Assembly (NCBI GenBank): GCA_051362555.1
Contig: CM120649.1
Location: 13,578,001 to 13,642,000 of the forward strand
Length of the DNA stretch: 64,000 bases
Reading direction: 5' to 3'
Origin: Lingula anatina
Lineage: Eukaryota > Animalia > Brachiopoda
Shown: positions 1 through 12,592 of the stretch, piece after piece
Layout: each line of letters starts with the position of its first letter
How positions within the stretch are numbered: position 1 is the first letter of the stretch
Notes under the pieces: generated by a model
Database searches by the model: none
What the model saw: the letters and a program-made list of their open reading frames with translations, nothing else
Told to the model about the DNA's origin: nothing
Translations under genes and position numbers: made by a program

Positions 1-537
1 TATGGACGTTTTTGGTGAGATAACAACACTCTCAAGCACGAACAAACACAAACATACACACTAACCTTATAATGGTTGATTGCTTTATTTTTCAATTTAT
101 AGTAAAGAAATATTTGACAAAATGGAAGAAAAAAAACCAAGGTAATAACATTTCCTGATGTTTGAAACAAAGATTCCATATCATTACTGGATACAAGCTA
201 ATGATCAGTAAATGCAGACACATACTTGTAAACTTTCCATAAGTAATTGTTTTATGGTGCATTTTTTCCTAGCTAATTTAACTAAAAAATACTAACAATC
301 ATATGCTTTATCTTCATTTTCTCAGCTACGGAAAAAACGATTTATATCGAGAAAATTCAAATTGTCATTATATTATTATTATAACTTTATAACATATTTC
401 ATTTCAAATATGTTTATCTGGCACTTTAGTGCAACCTTTCTGAGAATAAAATGCAATATTTTAGATAACCAATATTTCAAATGTCCTGTCATCTAAACAT
501 AAACCATAAATCAGATGAACATGTTATAATTCTACAG

Positions 538-1678
538 ACGTGGACGACCTCAATCAAAGCAAATCCAAGATGAAATATTGCGAGGCGGTTTTTAAAGAGA
601 CCCTTAGAATTCGGCCGGCTACACCATGCACACTGGCGCATAAGGCACTGCGTGACACTACACTTGGTAATGTAATACGGACTAAAGTTGTTTTCAGTAA
701 TGAAAAAGAACAAGTTAAATGCATCTTCAATGACCTCTTTAAACTTGGCAACATTCCTACTTTACCAAAGATCGCAATCTTTTGAATAATGTGTGAGTCG
801 TATGCCTGTAACGTTGATAGTTAAATGAACGAGGTATGCTGTCAGTTTTTACGTATTAGCACTATCAGTTTCTTACCAATTTCCAAAATGACACTTCAAA
901 ATAATTTATAATTGAACAACATATTCCAACAACATGTAGGCGGCTACGATATTCCAAAGGGCACAGTGGTTTATCCAAATCTTTGGGTGATTCATCGAGA
1001 TCCAAGAAATTGGGAGTCACCAGAAGAATTCAAACCAGAAAGATTTCTTACGAAAGATGGCGCATTGGAGAAAATTGACCCTAAAATATGGAGGCCATTT
1101 TCTGCAGGGAAACGGAAGTGCATGGGCGAAGCTATTGCTAGGTCAAACTTGATGATAGCCATAGTAGGTTCCTGAGATGGACTTCTATGATTTTATTTTT
1201 AAACAGTAATATTTTGGAAGAAATAATCATGAATTCTAATGGTAATAATTACTATATATATATATATATATATATAACCTGGACTCCAGTCACCATTAGT
1301 CTATATTACTAATTAGTTCCATATCGTTTAAGTTGTTTTGCTAAATTTCCTAGGCTGGTTGGGTTATATCGGTGTCCATTATGTTATATTGCTTATAGTG
1401 TATACTTGCCTTTTTTTTCCAAATTATACAGTATTGCAGATGAGTATTACTGAACTTAGTTGTGAGTGTCCTTGACTTTCCATTTAAGTTTCGTATAAAA
1501 TTGCATTATTTTTCCAGACTAATTATCATTTTAATTATTTTTTGTTTTTCTACAGGCCATGTTTTTCCGTCAGTTTAAAGTAGCCATTCCACCAGGACAG
1601 AAACTGGACCTTGACCCGGACATGTACCAAATTCATTGTGTGTCAAAGCCTCAGAAAATTGTCATCAACACGTGGTAG
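538..1678 (+). CDS. Cytochrome P450, 3' part (last 3 exons), clan 2-like (CYP17/CYP1/CYP2-type)
   Basis: Exons 538-666, 940-1163 and 1556-1678 have AG/GT boundaries and compatible phases. They contain the K-helix ETLR, PERF and heme motif PFSAGKRKCMGE, and end ...KPQKIVINTW*. Upstream exons were not identified in the window. Confidence 0.95.
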
Positions 1679-4600
1679 ACACGTGGCCATCTTTGAATCC
1701 CACGCGGTAAAGTGTTTCCGCACATATTTACCATTTGTGTCTAGGACGAAGTATCCTAACGTTTTCCTGGTCACATATATATGTAAAATCAACATCTGAG
1801 GAATCATATTAATTCTGCAAATTGACACCTTTTAAAGATGCACTTTACCAAAAATATCATAACATGTACCTTTTATTGCAGTGGCTCGAAATTTTCACTA
1901 TTAATAGAAAACACATGACTGCTCCAAATGTTTTTTTTAAATCAACATTTAGTTGTCAAAACACTAGTGTATTTCTTAATTTTGCATTCGTTTTCTTTTT
2001 ATAAATACAGCCGGTATATATGTATTACACTAAGAAATACAATGCTTAACAGTATATAATATTTGTAAAGGCTGTATGGTGATGGAAAAAGATATCTTAT
2101 TTGATTATATTCTTCACAAAGCATTTACTTTTTATCAAGAGGGAATTAGCTTTTAAAAAAGGCCACTTGTAAAATTTGAGTTTCGATGAAACTGAGACAT
2201 CAAAGTACTGAGTAAATAGTGAAAGTATACTCGTTTAAGAGTAATTCATATGAGATTATCGGTTTTTAATAATATTTTCACATCCACAGACGGCCATCAC
2301 TTATGTGTAGCTACATGTAGAATTGACATATTTATTTAGAACTTTTTATATATTTTATTGACGATAGTATTAGAATCGTATTAGGATTAGTATATTGATA
2401 ACAATGATAATAATAATTGCGTGGAGGAATATGTTAAAGGTGTGTGCTTATCTGATTATTTTATTCGTATTTCTTCATCATGTAGCACCCTTTCCTTTGT
2501 AAATATCTGGAATGGTGTATAGTGATGCCTGGTCCACTCGCAGATCTAGCACGTGATCGTCTCTCTTTGTCCGGCACATATGTGAAAGGTGACGATCTGT
2601 TTGCTGTATAATATGGAGGACGTAGGTGGGAAATGCTGCCTATGTATCGAGCTGATTAACTTATTTATCTGAGGGAGGAGGGGGCTCCGAAACCAATGGG
2701 GAGTTAATTGTGGAGGGGTGGGGGATTATAAAATCTGTCCCTTAACGTGAAATACTTTTCTTAATTTAAGTGCAATAAATACTAAACACTTTTAGAGCAC
2801 AAACTTCAATTTTGTTGCTTTATGAACTACCCCGCACGTTTCTGCGCATACGACGACCAAGCGTTCGTCGTCAGTTTAACTGCCTTGTAAATTGGCGTAA
2901 TATTGTGACCGATGTTCCAGGTTACTCTGTCACAAAGTCAGATATTACCATATAATAAAAAATTGACCTGCCTGACGACTAGCCATGGGCTACAATCCAG
3001 TTCCAGAATTTGGTTTTACAATTTTTTTTCTGTAGGAGAAATGGCTGTCTCATGCAGCAGCAACTACGATGTTACATTACTTTCCTCTGTACTGATAAAA
3101 TCACAGGTTATTGTGTTGAGAAAAAATCCTGGGACAGGATTGTGCAACTTGTTGTTTTGGTTTAATAGTTGTAAACTGTGTTGACAGCTGTTCAGTGGAG
3201 GGAATCTATTTGAAATCGATATTACAGATTCACCCTAAAACGCTGCTGGTGCATCGATCATCAGCTCGAATTCACAAATTCACTGCGATGTATATTTTGC
3301 TGTTCTGTTCTTAATTGTTTAGTGTACTTAGTGGAAATTTAAGCCCGCCCTCTGCTCGTCATCATAGTTAAGTTTTCAATGTGTTTTTTTTCTGTTGAAA
3401 AGCCGTCATAAATCTGAACTCAAAGTTTTCATCACTCTTTTACGATAGACATTAAGTAATCATGGCGTAATTATTGCATAACAGCGTGTGAAGTCTTGTT
3501 TGCCGAATGCTATATAAAATCCACTTAACAATCCACTGAGCGGGTACTTTCAGTACCATATGTGGCTTTTAAAATAAATAAGATGAAATACGGTTGAGTG
3601 AGACAGCCGTGATGACACGTTAATGTGTTTTTATTTACCTTGAATTCAAGCTGCATAACGTTTAAACCACACGCATCAAAAGAATGATTAACTAGAGCGC
3701 TGGTTGAAGCGTGGAAGGGGGGCGACGTGTTATAGCTGCAATTACTAGACTCCTATCTCTCGTACTGGAAAAGTAATCATGAAATGACAAGAAATGTATT
3801 GCCGTTTTGGTACTTGAAGGCACGATTTAAGTAAACAAGCTTTTTGTATAAACTTAAACTTCTCTAACCAAACACGCCATCAGTATGTTTTTAGGTGGAA
3901 TAATAAAATTTGTTTCTTTACCGGAGTATTTACTGACACCGATACGGTGTAGGCCTATTTGCATTCCAAAGGTAATGGATCCACAAAAGGAGTATTACAT
4001 GGACGGGACGTATGCCTAAAATGAGGAGGCGCTGTGAGGACTGACTCAGCTTCACACTGTTTTTAAATGTTTGTTAAATATAATCTATTTCAAACTTAAC
4101 GTCCACTTTTTACTAATTAGAAACCTCATAAAATGATTCCAGAGTCCCACATTGCCATAATGCATGAAATCTGATTGTGTTAAACTTTTGTAAGAAGACC
4201 GTGTACTCGGATGTAGTCATTAATAGTGACTGTACTGGTAATGTGCTCGTTAAACATTTAAATGTTATAGAAACGACCATCAAATGGCCCTAAAACAAAG
4301 TCCACCTGCAATAAAACATACCAGGTCACATAGTCCGTTGACAGTCTATTAATCCCTTCTGCATGAATCCCAGGTCATAGTGATTTCGTTACTTAAATAC
4401 CAGTATTATGTTCCAGTTGCTAGGCATAAATAAAGAAGGAAACCTGTCGTTAGAGTTGTTAAATGTCTGCGCATGCGTGTTTGCCCCAATCATTGAGGTT
4501 GGGTCAGGTGACGCGTTATAAAATGTTGCTAATGTGTTTTAATTACGTGATGAAAAGGATAATGAGTCCTATTGAATATTTGATATATAATTTTTATCCC

Positions 4601-5717
4601 TAAGGCCATAACATTTTATACAGGTAACAATTTGCTACATTGTTAAAATTGTTAACATGATTAGGATAGTGGTCAAATCTCGAATAATCAATATTTTTTT
4701 TTGCCTTCTGTCTCCTTGTGGATGGGACTATGAAAGTTTGTGGTACAATAGAATTAAGGAGACATAAACAAACATATTTGAACCAGTCAGGCAAAATGAA
4801 CCGTTGGATACGTTTCTGAGCCATTACGGGCAGTGTGACCATGACATCGAGTTTTCACTTAAATATTTAAATAGGCACATGAAAATGCATCGATACTGGA
4901 TACATCGATAGCGTATGAAAAAGGTTCGTAAAATGCATCACGCGTCTACCTGCATTTTATGATAATGGTAAATGTCACATGAAATGGCATATGCTTGTGT
5001 GAAGTCAGTGGTTTTTATAGTGTAAGCAAATTACGCTTTGTTTCATTCAAAGCCATTCAATTGCAAAGCAAATGCTTTATTCCAAAAACCATGATCCTAG
5101 ATGCAAATCCCCCCAAAAAGCAGCTGACGCAAATAATTGATAAGTTGTGTTGTGAAAGGATCGTGCACTGTTCATACAGCATGACTATCTGCAAAGATTG
5201 ATACCGCTCATTTCCTTTCACAAGAAAAATAAAATGAATAAGAAACCACGTCTTTCTGCTATATCTGGCGCATTCCAATTCAGCAGGCGAATCTGTCTTC
5301 ACACCTCAGGAATAGATCATGGAACATGCAATCAAGGTTTAACGTGTATAGTATTTTGATGTCGAGCCTTAACTATACTTAATAAATAAATGAACAGGTG
5401 ACATCCATGAACTAGCTATAGCTATTACATCTCATTTGTAAGCTAACGATCTTAGCTAACTGTGTGGCTTAATGATGTATCTGTGAGCTAACTGCGACTT
5501 CACTAATGTGATTGATATTTGCTAAGGTCACCGTGTAGCATCTTTGAGTGTGACATCTTAGATATCATCTTAGAGTGATAACTTTTTCGGACACGAATGC
5601 CACCCGTACACCCATCGGGTTGCTTGGTTTTCGATATATTGATTAATTAAACGCTTTTTAAAACAAGCAAATTATCCAGTGCATTAGCTGTACATTACCT
5701 ATCCAAATAATGCAGGT

Positions 5718-5814
5718 ATTTGCATACTGAGCTATATAAAAATCGACACGCATTACCTCTCTGTAGTCTGAATTGCAGCATTTATTCCTGAGGTTTCCAA
5801 AAACATATCGGTGG
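5718..5814 (+). promoter_or_regulatory. Putative core promoter and non-coding first exon of array copy 1
   Basis: TATATAAA at 5733-5740 and octamer ATTTGCAT at 5718-5725. The segment ggtttccaaaaacatatcggtgg|gtgaga (donor 5815) resembles the first-exon end aagtttccaaagaatcATG|gtgaga of the other copies. Confidence 0.55.
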
Positions 5815-6208
5815 GTGAGAATTATATGTATAGCATTTATAAGTAAACAGATGTTGTATAAGTCGATAGAACTACAAAACATACATATATTCTCTCTGTC
5901 AGTGTCAACGATTATTGTTATAATTATTTTAGAGTACTATTTAAGTAAGTGATTGTCAATTAAGATACTGCATTTACTTCCCCGAGGAAGTATTGTTTTG
6001 GTTTTTGTTTGCCTGTGTGTCTGTCTGTCTGCCTGTTATACAAAGCATTACACAAAATAATAAATAAATAGAAATAAAAAGAAGCGACTGGATTTTTGGA
6101 AAGTGGCAGGAGTGGGCCAAGTAAGAAATAGATTATGGTGATCCATTAACTATTAACTATTGGTATAATAAAAATAATATAGCTTGCTTGGCAGAGGACT
6201 GTTGCTCT

Positions 6209-6244
6209 GGGGGGGGGGGGGGGGGGGGGGGGGAGGGGGGGGGT
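6209..6244 (+). repeat. poly-G tract
   Basis: About 35 nt G run with one A, in intron 1 of copy 1. Confidence 0.9.
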
Positions 6245-6318
6245 TCTAGTTACCAATATATTCATATCACTTGCTGACTGTTGTAAATAGATGCTTTATC
6301 ATTTTTGATATCAGGAAC

Positions 6319-7131
6319 ATGTTTAGTGGCTTAACCGGTCTAGTTGTTGTCTTATGTTTGATGGGCGTGGTAATTGACGTCACTCAAGCAGTTTGTTGTC
6401 GACAAGTACATCCTGACGGATATTGTGCAGACTGCACCATGGTAAGACATTGATGTATTTCTTTAGGTAGAAAATACACACGTCCTTTGTTAATCAGCAC
6501 AATTAAAACTGCGTTTGAACAGTTATTCATTTATTATCCAACACAGGTACGCAAAGACAGTAATTAGGGAGTTTTCATCTGACCGTGTCCGTTATCTCAA
6601 GCATTTTTTTTATTTTTAAAGCGATTAAATGTTGCCATGAAAATGAATTGTAAAAATAAACGAAAAAAGATGACAAAAATATCAAAAGTTTCCGTGTACT
6701 TCAGACTTGGTCCTTCTGTGGCAAAGGGGGTTGCAATATCTTTGGCTGTGCATGTAAGGGCGGATGCAAGGACAGCTGTAACCCGACTTTTTCGTAAGTT
6801 CCATCGGCTGCTTTCACAAAAACTGGTGCTGATTTTAACGCTAAGCAATATGAAATACGGACATGGGAAATGTTCTCAAATCTTTAAATGAAATTTTTCA
6901 TATCAACACACTTTATTATTTTTCTGTAGTCGTGCTTGGTTCTAAAGCGCCATTCCAATTTAGGTTTACTGTTTTTGTGTAAATTTATTTCCACCACCTT
7001 TGCGAAATATTTTAATATTCTCAGTTACAATTATTTTCAGGGCAGTTCATGGCGGCTGCACCTGTAATAATAGAAGAAGGGATATTCAAGGACCTAATTC
7101 CGAAATTGACGGGCATTACAGGCACAGATAA
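6319..7131 (+). CDS. Diedel-like secreted 12-Cys peptide precursor, copy 1 (100 aa)
   Basis: Exons 6319-6441, 6705-6793, 7041-7131. MFSGLTGLVVVLCLMGVVIDVTQA/VCCRQVHPDGYCADCTMTWSFCGKGGCNIFGCACKGGCKDSCNPTFSAVHGGCTCNN-RRR-DIQGPNSEIDGHYRHR*. Confidence 0.88.
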
Positions 7132-7529
7132 AGACAGGTGAGGTATTTACTACGATGCTAATATGAAGAACTTATCTACCTACGTCCAATTTTGCATGGG
7201 TTTGCCACATAAATGTTAGAAAAATAGAACACGGTTTTTCCCCAATTTTATACTGATATGTAATAACACGTCCCCAACATAAAGCAACTGGATTGTTTAA
7301 ACTTTAAGTTCTGCATGCAAAGCCTTAGCCCAAGTGCAATTTGTATTTGGAATATTTAAGTTTTTTTCTCTATAATCATGATTTCCATAGCAATAATCAT
7401 ACTGATGCCAGATTAATGGGTTAATAAATTATTGGTCATAGTGCCATGTAAGGTTCGTTTTTACTATTGTGCAAGATTGAAAAGTGGAGCAATGCCCGTC
7501 GTACACCATATTTATTATTTTCCTTTCAG

Positions 7530-7642
7530 TGATGGGTTTGAAGATGTTTTCAAAAGGCATTTGGGAACCTTCCACTGGTGTCACAGATGAGAATTTAGAT
7601 GGCAAGAACAATGTCATTGAGTTCTATCCTGATATTAAATAA
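7530..7642 (+). pseudogene. Vestigial EF-hand exon downstream of the copy 1 stop (homologues near 15433, 19903, 26680, 32310, 39620, 44260, 50890, 54920, 58810)
   Basis: Acceptor ttcctttcag|t, then DGFEDVFKRHLGTFH [+4 nt] VTDENLDGKNNVIEFYPDIK*, matching the EF-hand loop DxNxDGKIxxxEF. Confidence 0.7.
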
Positions 7643-8006
7643 AAACATATGAATAGAGAGTATATACAGCGTTGATTTATTTCCTTTCCTTTTCCTTTTG
7701 TTATTTCTTATTCTATTTCCAATTATTGTACGGGGTGAATATCGCTCTATGAATTAAGATAGGCAGTGTGTAGTCACTAAAACCAAACTTCATGCTTAAG
7801 AGAGTTTATTAACAAATTTATGCTGAACATTTAATGCGCACTATTTTATCGAGGAATAATAAATACCGTCGTTGCCCAAAACAAACTTTCTCCAAGAAGA
7901 AATAATTGACTGACACCAATGCAACATAAAACACGAACAGAACCGCCTGCAGCCTTGATTTGTTTTACATTTTTCTTGTACCATTTGATCTTTAGTAAAA
8001 CAATTA

Positions 8007-9161
8007 CACTGTAAAAACAGTGTTTAGCATTAAAATACATACAAAACACGTTAGGCACCTATACGCATTTAGAAATCTGTGTAAATACTAAACACATAGC
8101 TTTTCAAGCGTTTCACAGAAGAAAAAGCTAGATACGTTGGCAGTGTTACACGTTTAGCCATGTGTTTAGCTTCACCGGGATATGATTTTATAACAAGTCT
8201 ATCACTAGCTAAGCACATTGGCTAAGCACTTCCCCTGCTAAGCGCGTGAGGCTGCTAAACATATGGAGCTGCTATAGGTGTGGAATTCCTTAACGCGTGG
8301 AGCTGCTAAACAACACGTTTAGCTTTTCAAGCTTGTCACAGAAAGAAAATGCTTCACAATCCCATGTATACGATCCCATAACAAGTTTATTACAAGACTC
8401 AACAATTTTGGTTATCACTTCCCCTTGTAAACGCATGGAGCTGTTGGAGGCGAGAAGCAGCCTGCTCGAACGCGTTGTGTCCTTCCTTCAGTAATAATCT
8501 AAATAAAAACATAACGTTTTCACGACGTTATCAGCTGGTTTCATGATGGTGATGGTATAGAATAACGTTATGGTAACGTTATGGGTGTTTTCAACTCCAT
8601 GCAAAATGATGCCCTGCATTTTTATAAGCGTTTTTTATAACATTCTGGAAAAACATTATTTAATGTTTTGAAAACCTTTTTTATAAATCACTAAAACACG
8701 TCTTATGCTGTATGAACTACAGTTAGCGGTTAATTCCAAAATGGGTTTTGGGTTAGTCGGCGACTAGAGCGGTGCGATTTGTAAAATATTCGGACTATCG
8801 TTACCAAAATAACCAGCATGCATTGAAACCATTATAATGAATACCCCACCATCATCCTGATGTTCTATTGTTCATTACTTCCGGAAAAAATAAATGAACA
8901 TCAATACCGTAACGCATTTTATCAAAATATGAAAAAAATGTTTTAAAGTAAAAGTGATAGCTGTTTCGTGTCTTTAGTAAACTAGTGAATTTTCCTAACT
9001 TTTTCAGAATTATATTCCAATAAACTTCCTCGCAAGGTCAGCTAACACAAGGATGAATAAGTCCCGCTGTAAAGATGGTGGTGTAAATCAACTATGTTGA
9101 CAGTTCACGGTACCCTGTTTTAGATAGAGATAGCTATAATAGTTGAAGGTGACCGTGTCTT

Positions 9162-9195
<34 letters not shown>

Positions 9196-9377
9196 TGTGA
9201 AACCCTTACCACCTAAGAGTAAAGCAAATACACCCTACATTTATTAGGCGGCAAACGCGTCAAAGTGTGTAATATGTTAACGAGCTTAACGTGCTTAGGT
9301 GCTAAACGCGTCGAAAAAAGTGAGACAAAACAGGCGCTTAGAAATGTGTTTAAGTGCTAAACACTGTTTTTACACTT
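8007..9377. mobile_element. Non-autonomous DNA transposon, CACTA/EnSpm-like
   Basis: Left end CACTGTAAAAACAGTGTTTAGCA and right end TGCTAAACACTGTTTTTACAC, with many subterminal gctaaaca(c) repeats. Absent from paralogous spacers (empty site aaacaattcgtagacgg near 15901 and 40110). Confidence 0.7.
9164..9192 (+). repeat. (TG)n microsatellite
   Basis: About 14 TG units. Confidence 0.9.
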
Positions 9378-9379
9378 AG

Positions 9380-10458
9380 ACGGCCATCGCTTGGGTAGAG
9401 CAGGGATCTGGATTCATCTGAGAAGACCACATGGTACCAATGCAAGATGATAAGCTTTCTGTTTTTTGTAGCCTAGTGCCACCTATTTATTCACTGGTGT
9501 CGTGTTAACCTAGGCTTCTTGGCCATCCTTCTTGCCCAAGATACTGGTAAAAGAAGTCATACATATTCTATCCAATGCAGAAACCCTGTAGTTTATACCC
9601 ACTGTGGATGAGATGTATGGAAAGATAATTTTACGTATATCATGAGTGTTTTACCGCAATTTTCCTTGTCGTTTTGCGTGGATTCTGTTTTCTAATCAAG
9701 CAGCACGTAACTACCTGCATTTTTAAATAACGGCAAATTGTACAAACAAAGGAGACACAGTAAATGCAGTTGACCTTCTGTCTATTGCAAACATAAATGA
9801 AAAGCAAACACTTTTTCCAAAGATCATCACAATGAATGTAGATCCCAACCCAGATACAGAAAAGCAGTTGTGTTTTTTAAGGACAGCACGTTTTATCCAT
9901 ATTATGATAAAAATTATCAATAGTTTTAGACAATATTTTGTGGAATCCTACTGGGACGTTTGAAAATGTGTGGCACCTCTATGATGTAGCTAACGGACAC
10001 AATGCACAGAAGTACATTACATGTACACGCCCACAACCCCACCTTCACACTGTATGTACTAATGGGAATTTGCTGAAGCAATTTCATGATTTCTTGCACA
10101 GATAAAGAAATCCCCCGTCACACCATTCTAGGTAGTCTAAGCGTATTGCAGCTATTACATCAGTCATCAATCCGCATGGTGCCGTCAACAGAGTGACTTG
10201 TTCTTTTATTCTCAAAGAGAATGTTTTATAGTGCTCTGAGCAATTAGAAGTGAATGCACATGCTGGTGCTTCATCAAAAGTTTTCTGATAAACGTATTGT
10301 GATCATAGGTTTTTAATATGTGTAGGCTTTTTGTGGTCAGGTCGATAACAAAAACATATGTCCCTATGATAGCTTACATTTTATTTAGCCAATCCTTTGT
10401 TATAAAAACGCACGATAATGTTTCAACCACGAGATAAATGCATTTTAACGAGGGTCAA
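9380..10458 (+). repeat. Co-duplicated intergenic block (also near 15910-16860, 20960-21880, 40120-41210, 45130-46160, 47160-47760, 51600-52530, 61940-64000)
   Basis: The core caagcagcacgtaactacctgc...gcaaattgtacaaacaaaggaga recurs at least 8 times in the same orientation between genes. Confidence 0.85.
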
Positions 10459-10894
10459 GGGCAGAAACCACTAAATCAACGAATGTAGTTCAGTGAGGGC
10501 AAATTAGTGCTTTTTTCCTTTTTTCCTGGCAATTTTTGTGTGTTGCTAGGGTTAATTTTGGTATCAACTAGCAGGCTAGGGTGTAAACAACTGCCAGCTT
10601 TTTTTTTCAGGACCAGGCACAGGTGCGGTGCAGCCGTGAGACCTCTGGCGGAGGGGGCTACCGACTGTGAGTGGTGCAGTGGTTTGTTTACAAACAGAGG
10701 GGTGCACATGTTCAAGTGATGCCAGTAAGAAATAATGTTTGATGACAGTACATTTTTTTGCCATTGGGAGTTATGTCAGTGTGTCTGCTGTCCATGGGGA
10801 TGGGAAATGTTTCACCCAATGATTTTGTTCATGCAGTTTTGCAGGCATTTCTTAGTATGGTCGTCAATGGGAAATTATTTGGTGGTTTCTGCCC
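10459..10894. mobile_element. MITE with 4-bp TSD, Sola2-like
   Basis: TIR GGGCAGAAACCAC(T/C)AAAT ... ATTTGGTGGTTTCTGCCC with TSD TCAA. The empty site gagggtcaagaaagacccatgg is at about 21826. The superfamily is inferred from the GRG terminus and 4-bp TSD. Confidence 0.75.
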
Positions 10895-12245
10895 TCAAGA
10901 CCGACCCATGGAGCCTCTCTCTGGAGGATTGATATATCCCACAATGCAGTTCACCGTGGCAAAATATCGTAGCTACAAGGAATCTAATCTGCTGTGAAGT
11001 AAATTTTAGCGGAGGATGGGATATAAAACAGATAGTTAACCATTCTCAAATTTGATGTCTGACAAGATAATGTCCCGAGAACAGACTTGTTATTTAACAC
11101 GCAGAATTGTAAAAATACGTCATAATGGAATGCTGTAGAAAGAAAGGACTGTTTGATATCGTATCTCACAATACTAGGCAAGAGAGAGGCCTACGAATAC
11201 AGTTACGTATGCATATAGATAACACCCCAAAGACTTGAACTGGTGAGTAGAAAAATAAAACACACGGGCAAAAGAGTGGATTAATTTTAATAGATCTATT
11301 TTACTTATCATCATATTTCGTCGGTAATACATGTATATCAAAGGCGAAACGCATGTTATTTGAATAGTAGTCTTACTTAAAAAATACCTAGCTGTATTTC
11401 AAAGACCATCATAATCATTAAGCACTACGAATGATACAAATTTCTTTAAAAATCGACAAAATGTATGCTGGCAACCTGAATGGCGTATGTTTACCTATCA
11501 GTGGAAATTAGGGGAAAAACTGTTTGAAAACTGTTGCTCTTTAGAGAAATGGTAGACATAGAGGCAGGTTAAAAAACCCGAATGTCCCTTGATTTCAGTA
11601 GATAAATGATTTTATCAACAACCACTAAAATCCAATATAAGTAGTACACTGAGTAGGTCACAGATTTTACCTGCCAGCCGAATTTTGCAGTTGTGAATGA
11701 TTCTTTGCCAAGAACATTCTATTTTTTCAACCAAGGCACGTTAACACGTTCAGCCGCCTACGTTGACATGTCCAAGTATCACAATAAGCGGCAACGTTTA
11801 TGACCAACGCCTAAAACATCTCAACTCTTGCGTATACAAATGGAGCAGTTTACAGGTCTAAAAAAACTTTACAGTAAATGTTCACAAATTCGCGGTGAAA
11901 GTGAAAATGCAGCTGTGCATGGTGTATAAGTGTGTAAGGAGTCTGTCAAATCAGTTATTGAGTCCTTAGGACCCTAAAATTATGTTTAAAAGTGCCTTTC
12001 TAGGTTTAGACTAATTTTGACTGATTTATTTTAAAATGACAGAAAAAGCGGGCTAGACTTATATATAACATAAATAAGACTTTTTCTGGAAATTTCATCA
12101 GTTGCGCGAGGTATACCCTATCCAAATCAGCTGAGAAAACTTGCAAAATTCCGACAAGTTATTTTTATGTAAATGAGTAGCTTCTTGCAAACCTCCTGCA
12201 AATTCTTTAAAAAAGTATGGTCTTTTCTACAAACTTTTCACAAGC

Positions 12246-12592
12246 CGCAAAGCCTATAATGACGGTTTTTGTGCAGCATGCATGCAGCAAGGTAAGTATT
12301 ATGCGCTCGATAGTTGATAACCAGGGCAGTGCCAAGTCTGCGTAAGCACAGTATCGTTTGTTAGAATTTCAAATGCGTAGTATTCCCTGGTGTTCAGTAA
12401 AAGGGTAATTGCAACTAAATGTTGATGGGTGCATTGCAATAAATCAAAAGAGAACTATCATCAACATGGATAGAATGCTATATATGTTCACCGACTGCAG
12501 ACTTGGTGGTACTACGGCAAAAACGGTGGTTGCAATGTATTTGACTGTGCATACAAGGGAGGCTGCAAAGAAAGTCGCAACCCAACTTTTTA
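12246..12592 (+). pseudogene. Degenerate, more divergent Diedel-like paralog (remnants of two exons)
   Basis: 12246-12291 reads RKAYNDGFCA.. with a catg duplication and donor gtaagt. 12501-12592 reads TWWYYGKNGGCNVFDCAYKGGCKESRNPTF, with three Cys lost and the donor changed to ataagt. No signal-peptide part was found. Confidence 0.8.

Noticed and set aside
538-1678. Functional link between the P450 gene and the peptide array
   Set aside because: Adjacency alone is not evidence in an animal genome, and the P450 is not part of the repeated unit
6637-6891. Recurrent ORFs reading VAKGVAISLAVHVRA (also 18987-19178 and 49768-49983)
   Set aside because: Wrong-frame translation of the CGKGGCNIFGCAC exon
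7451-7485. Possible extra exon ag|gttcgtttttactattgtg...gaaag|gtgga in the last intron of each copy
   Set aside because: The donor is weak and not conserved (aagtgg, aagctg, aaggcg), no meaningful peptide results, and the flanking exons join in phase without it
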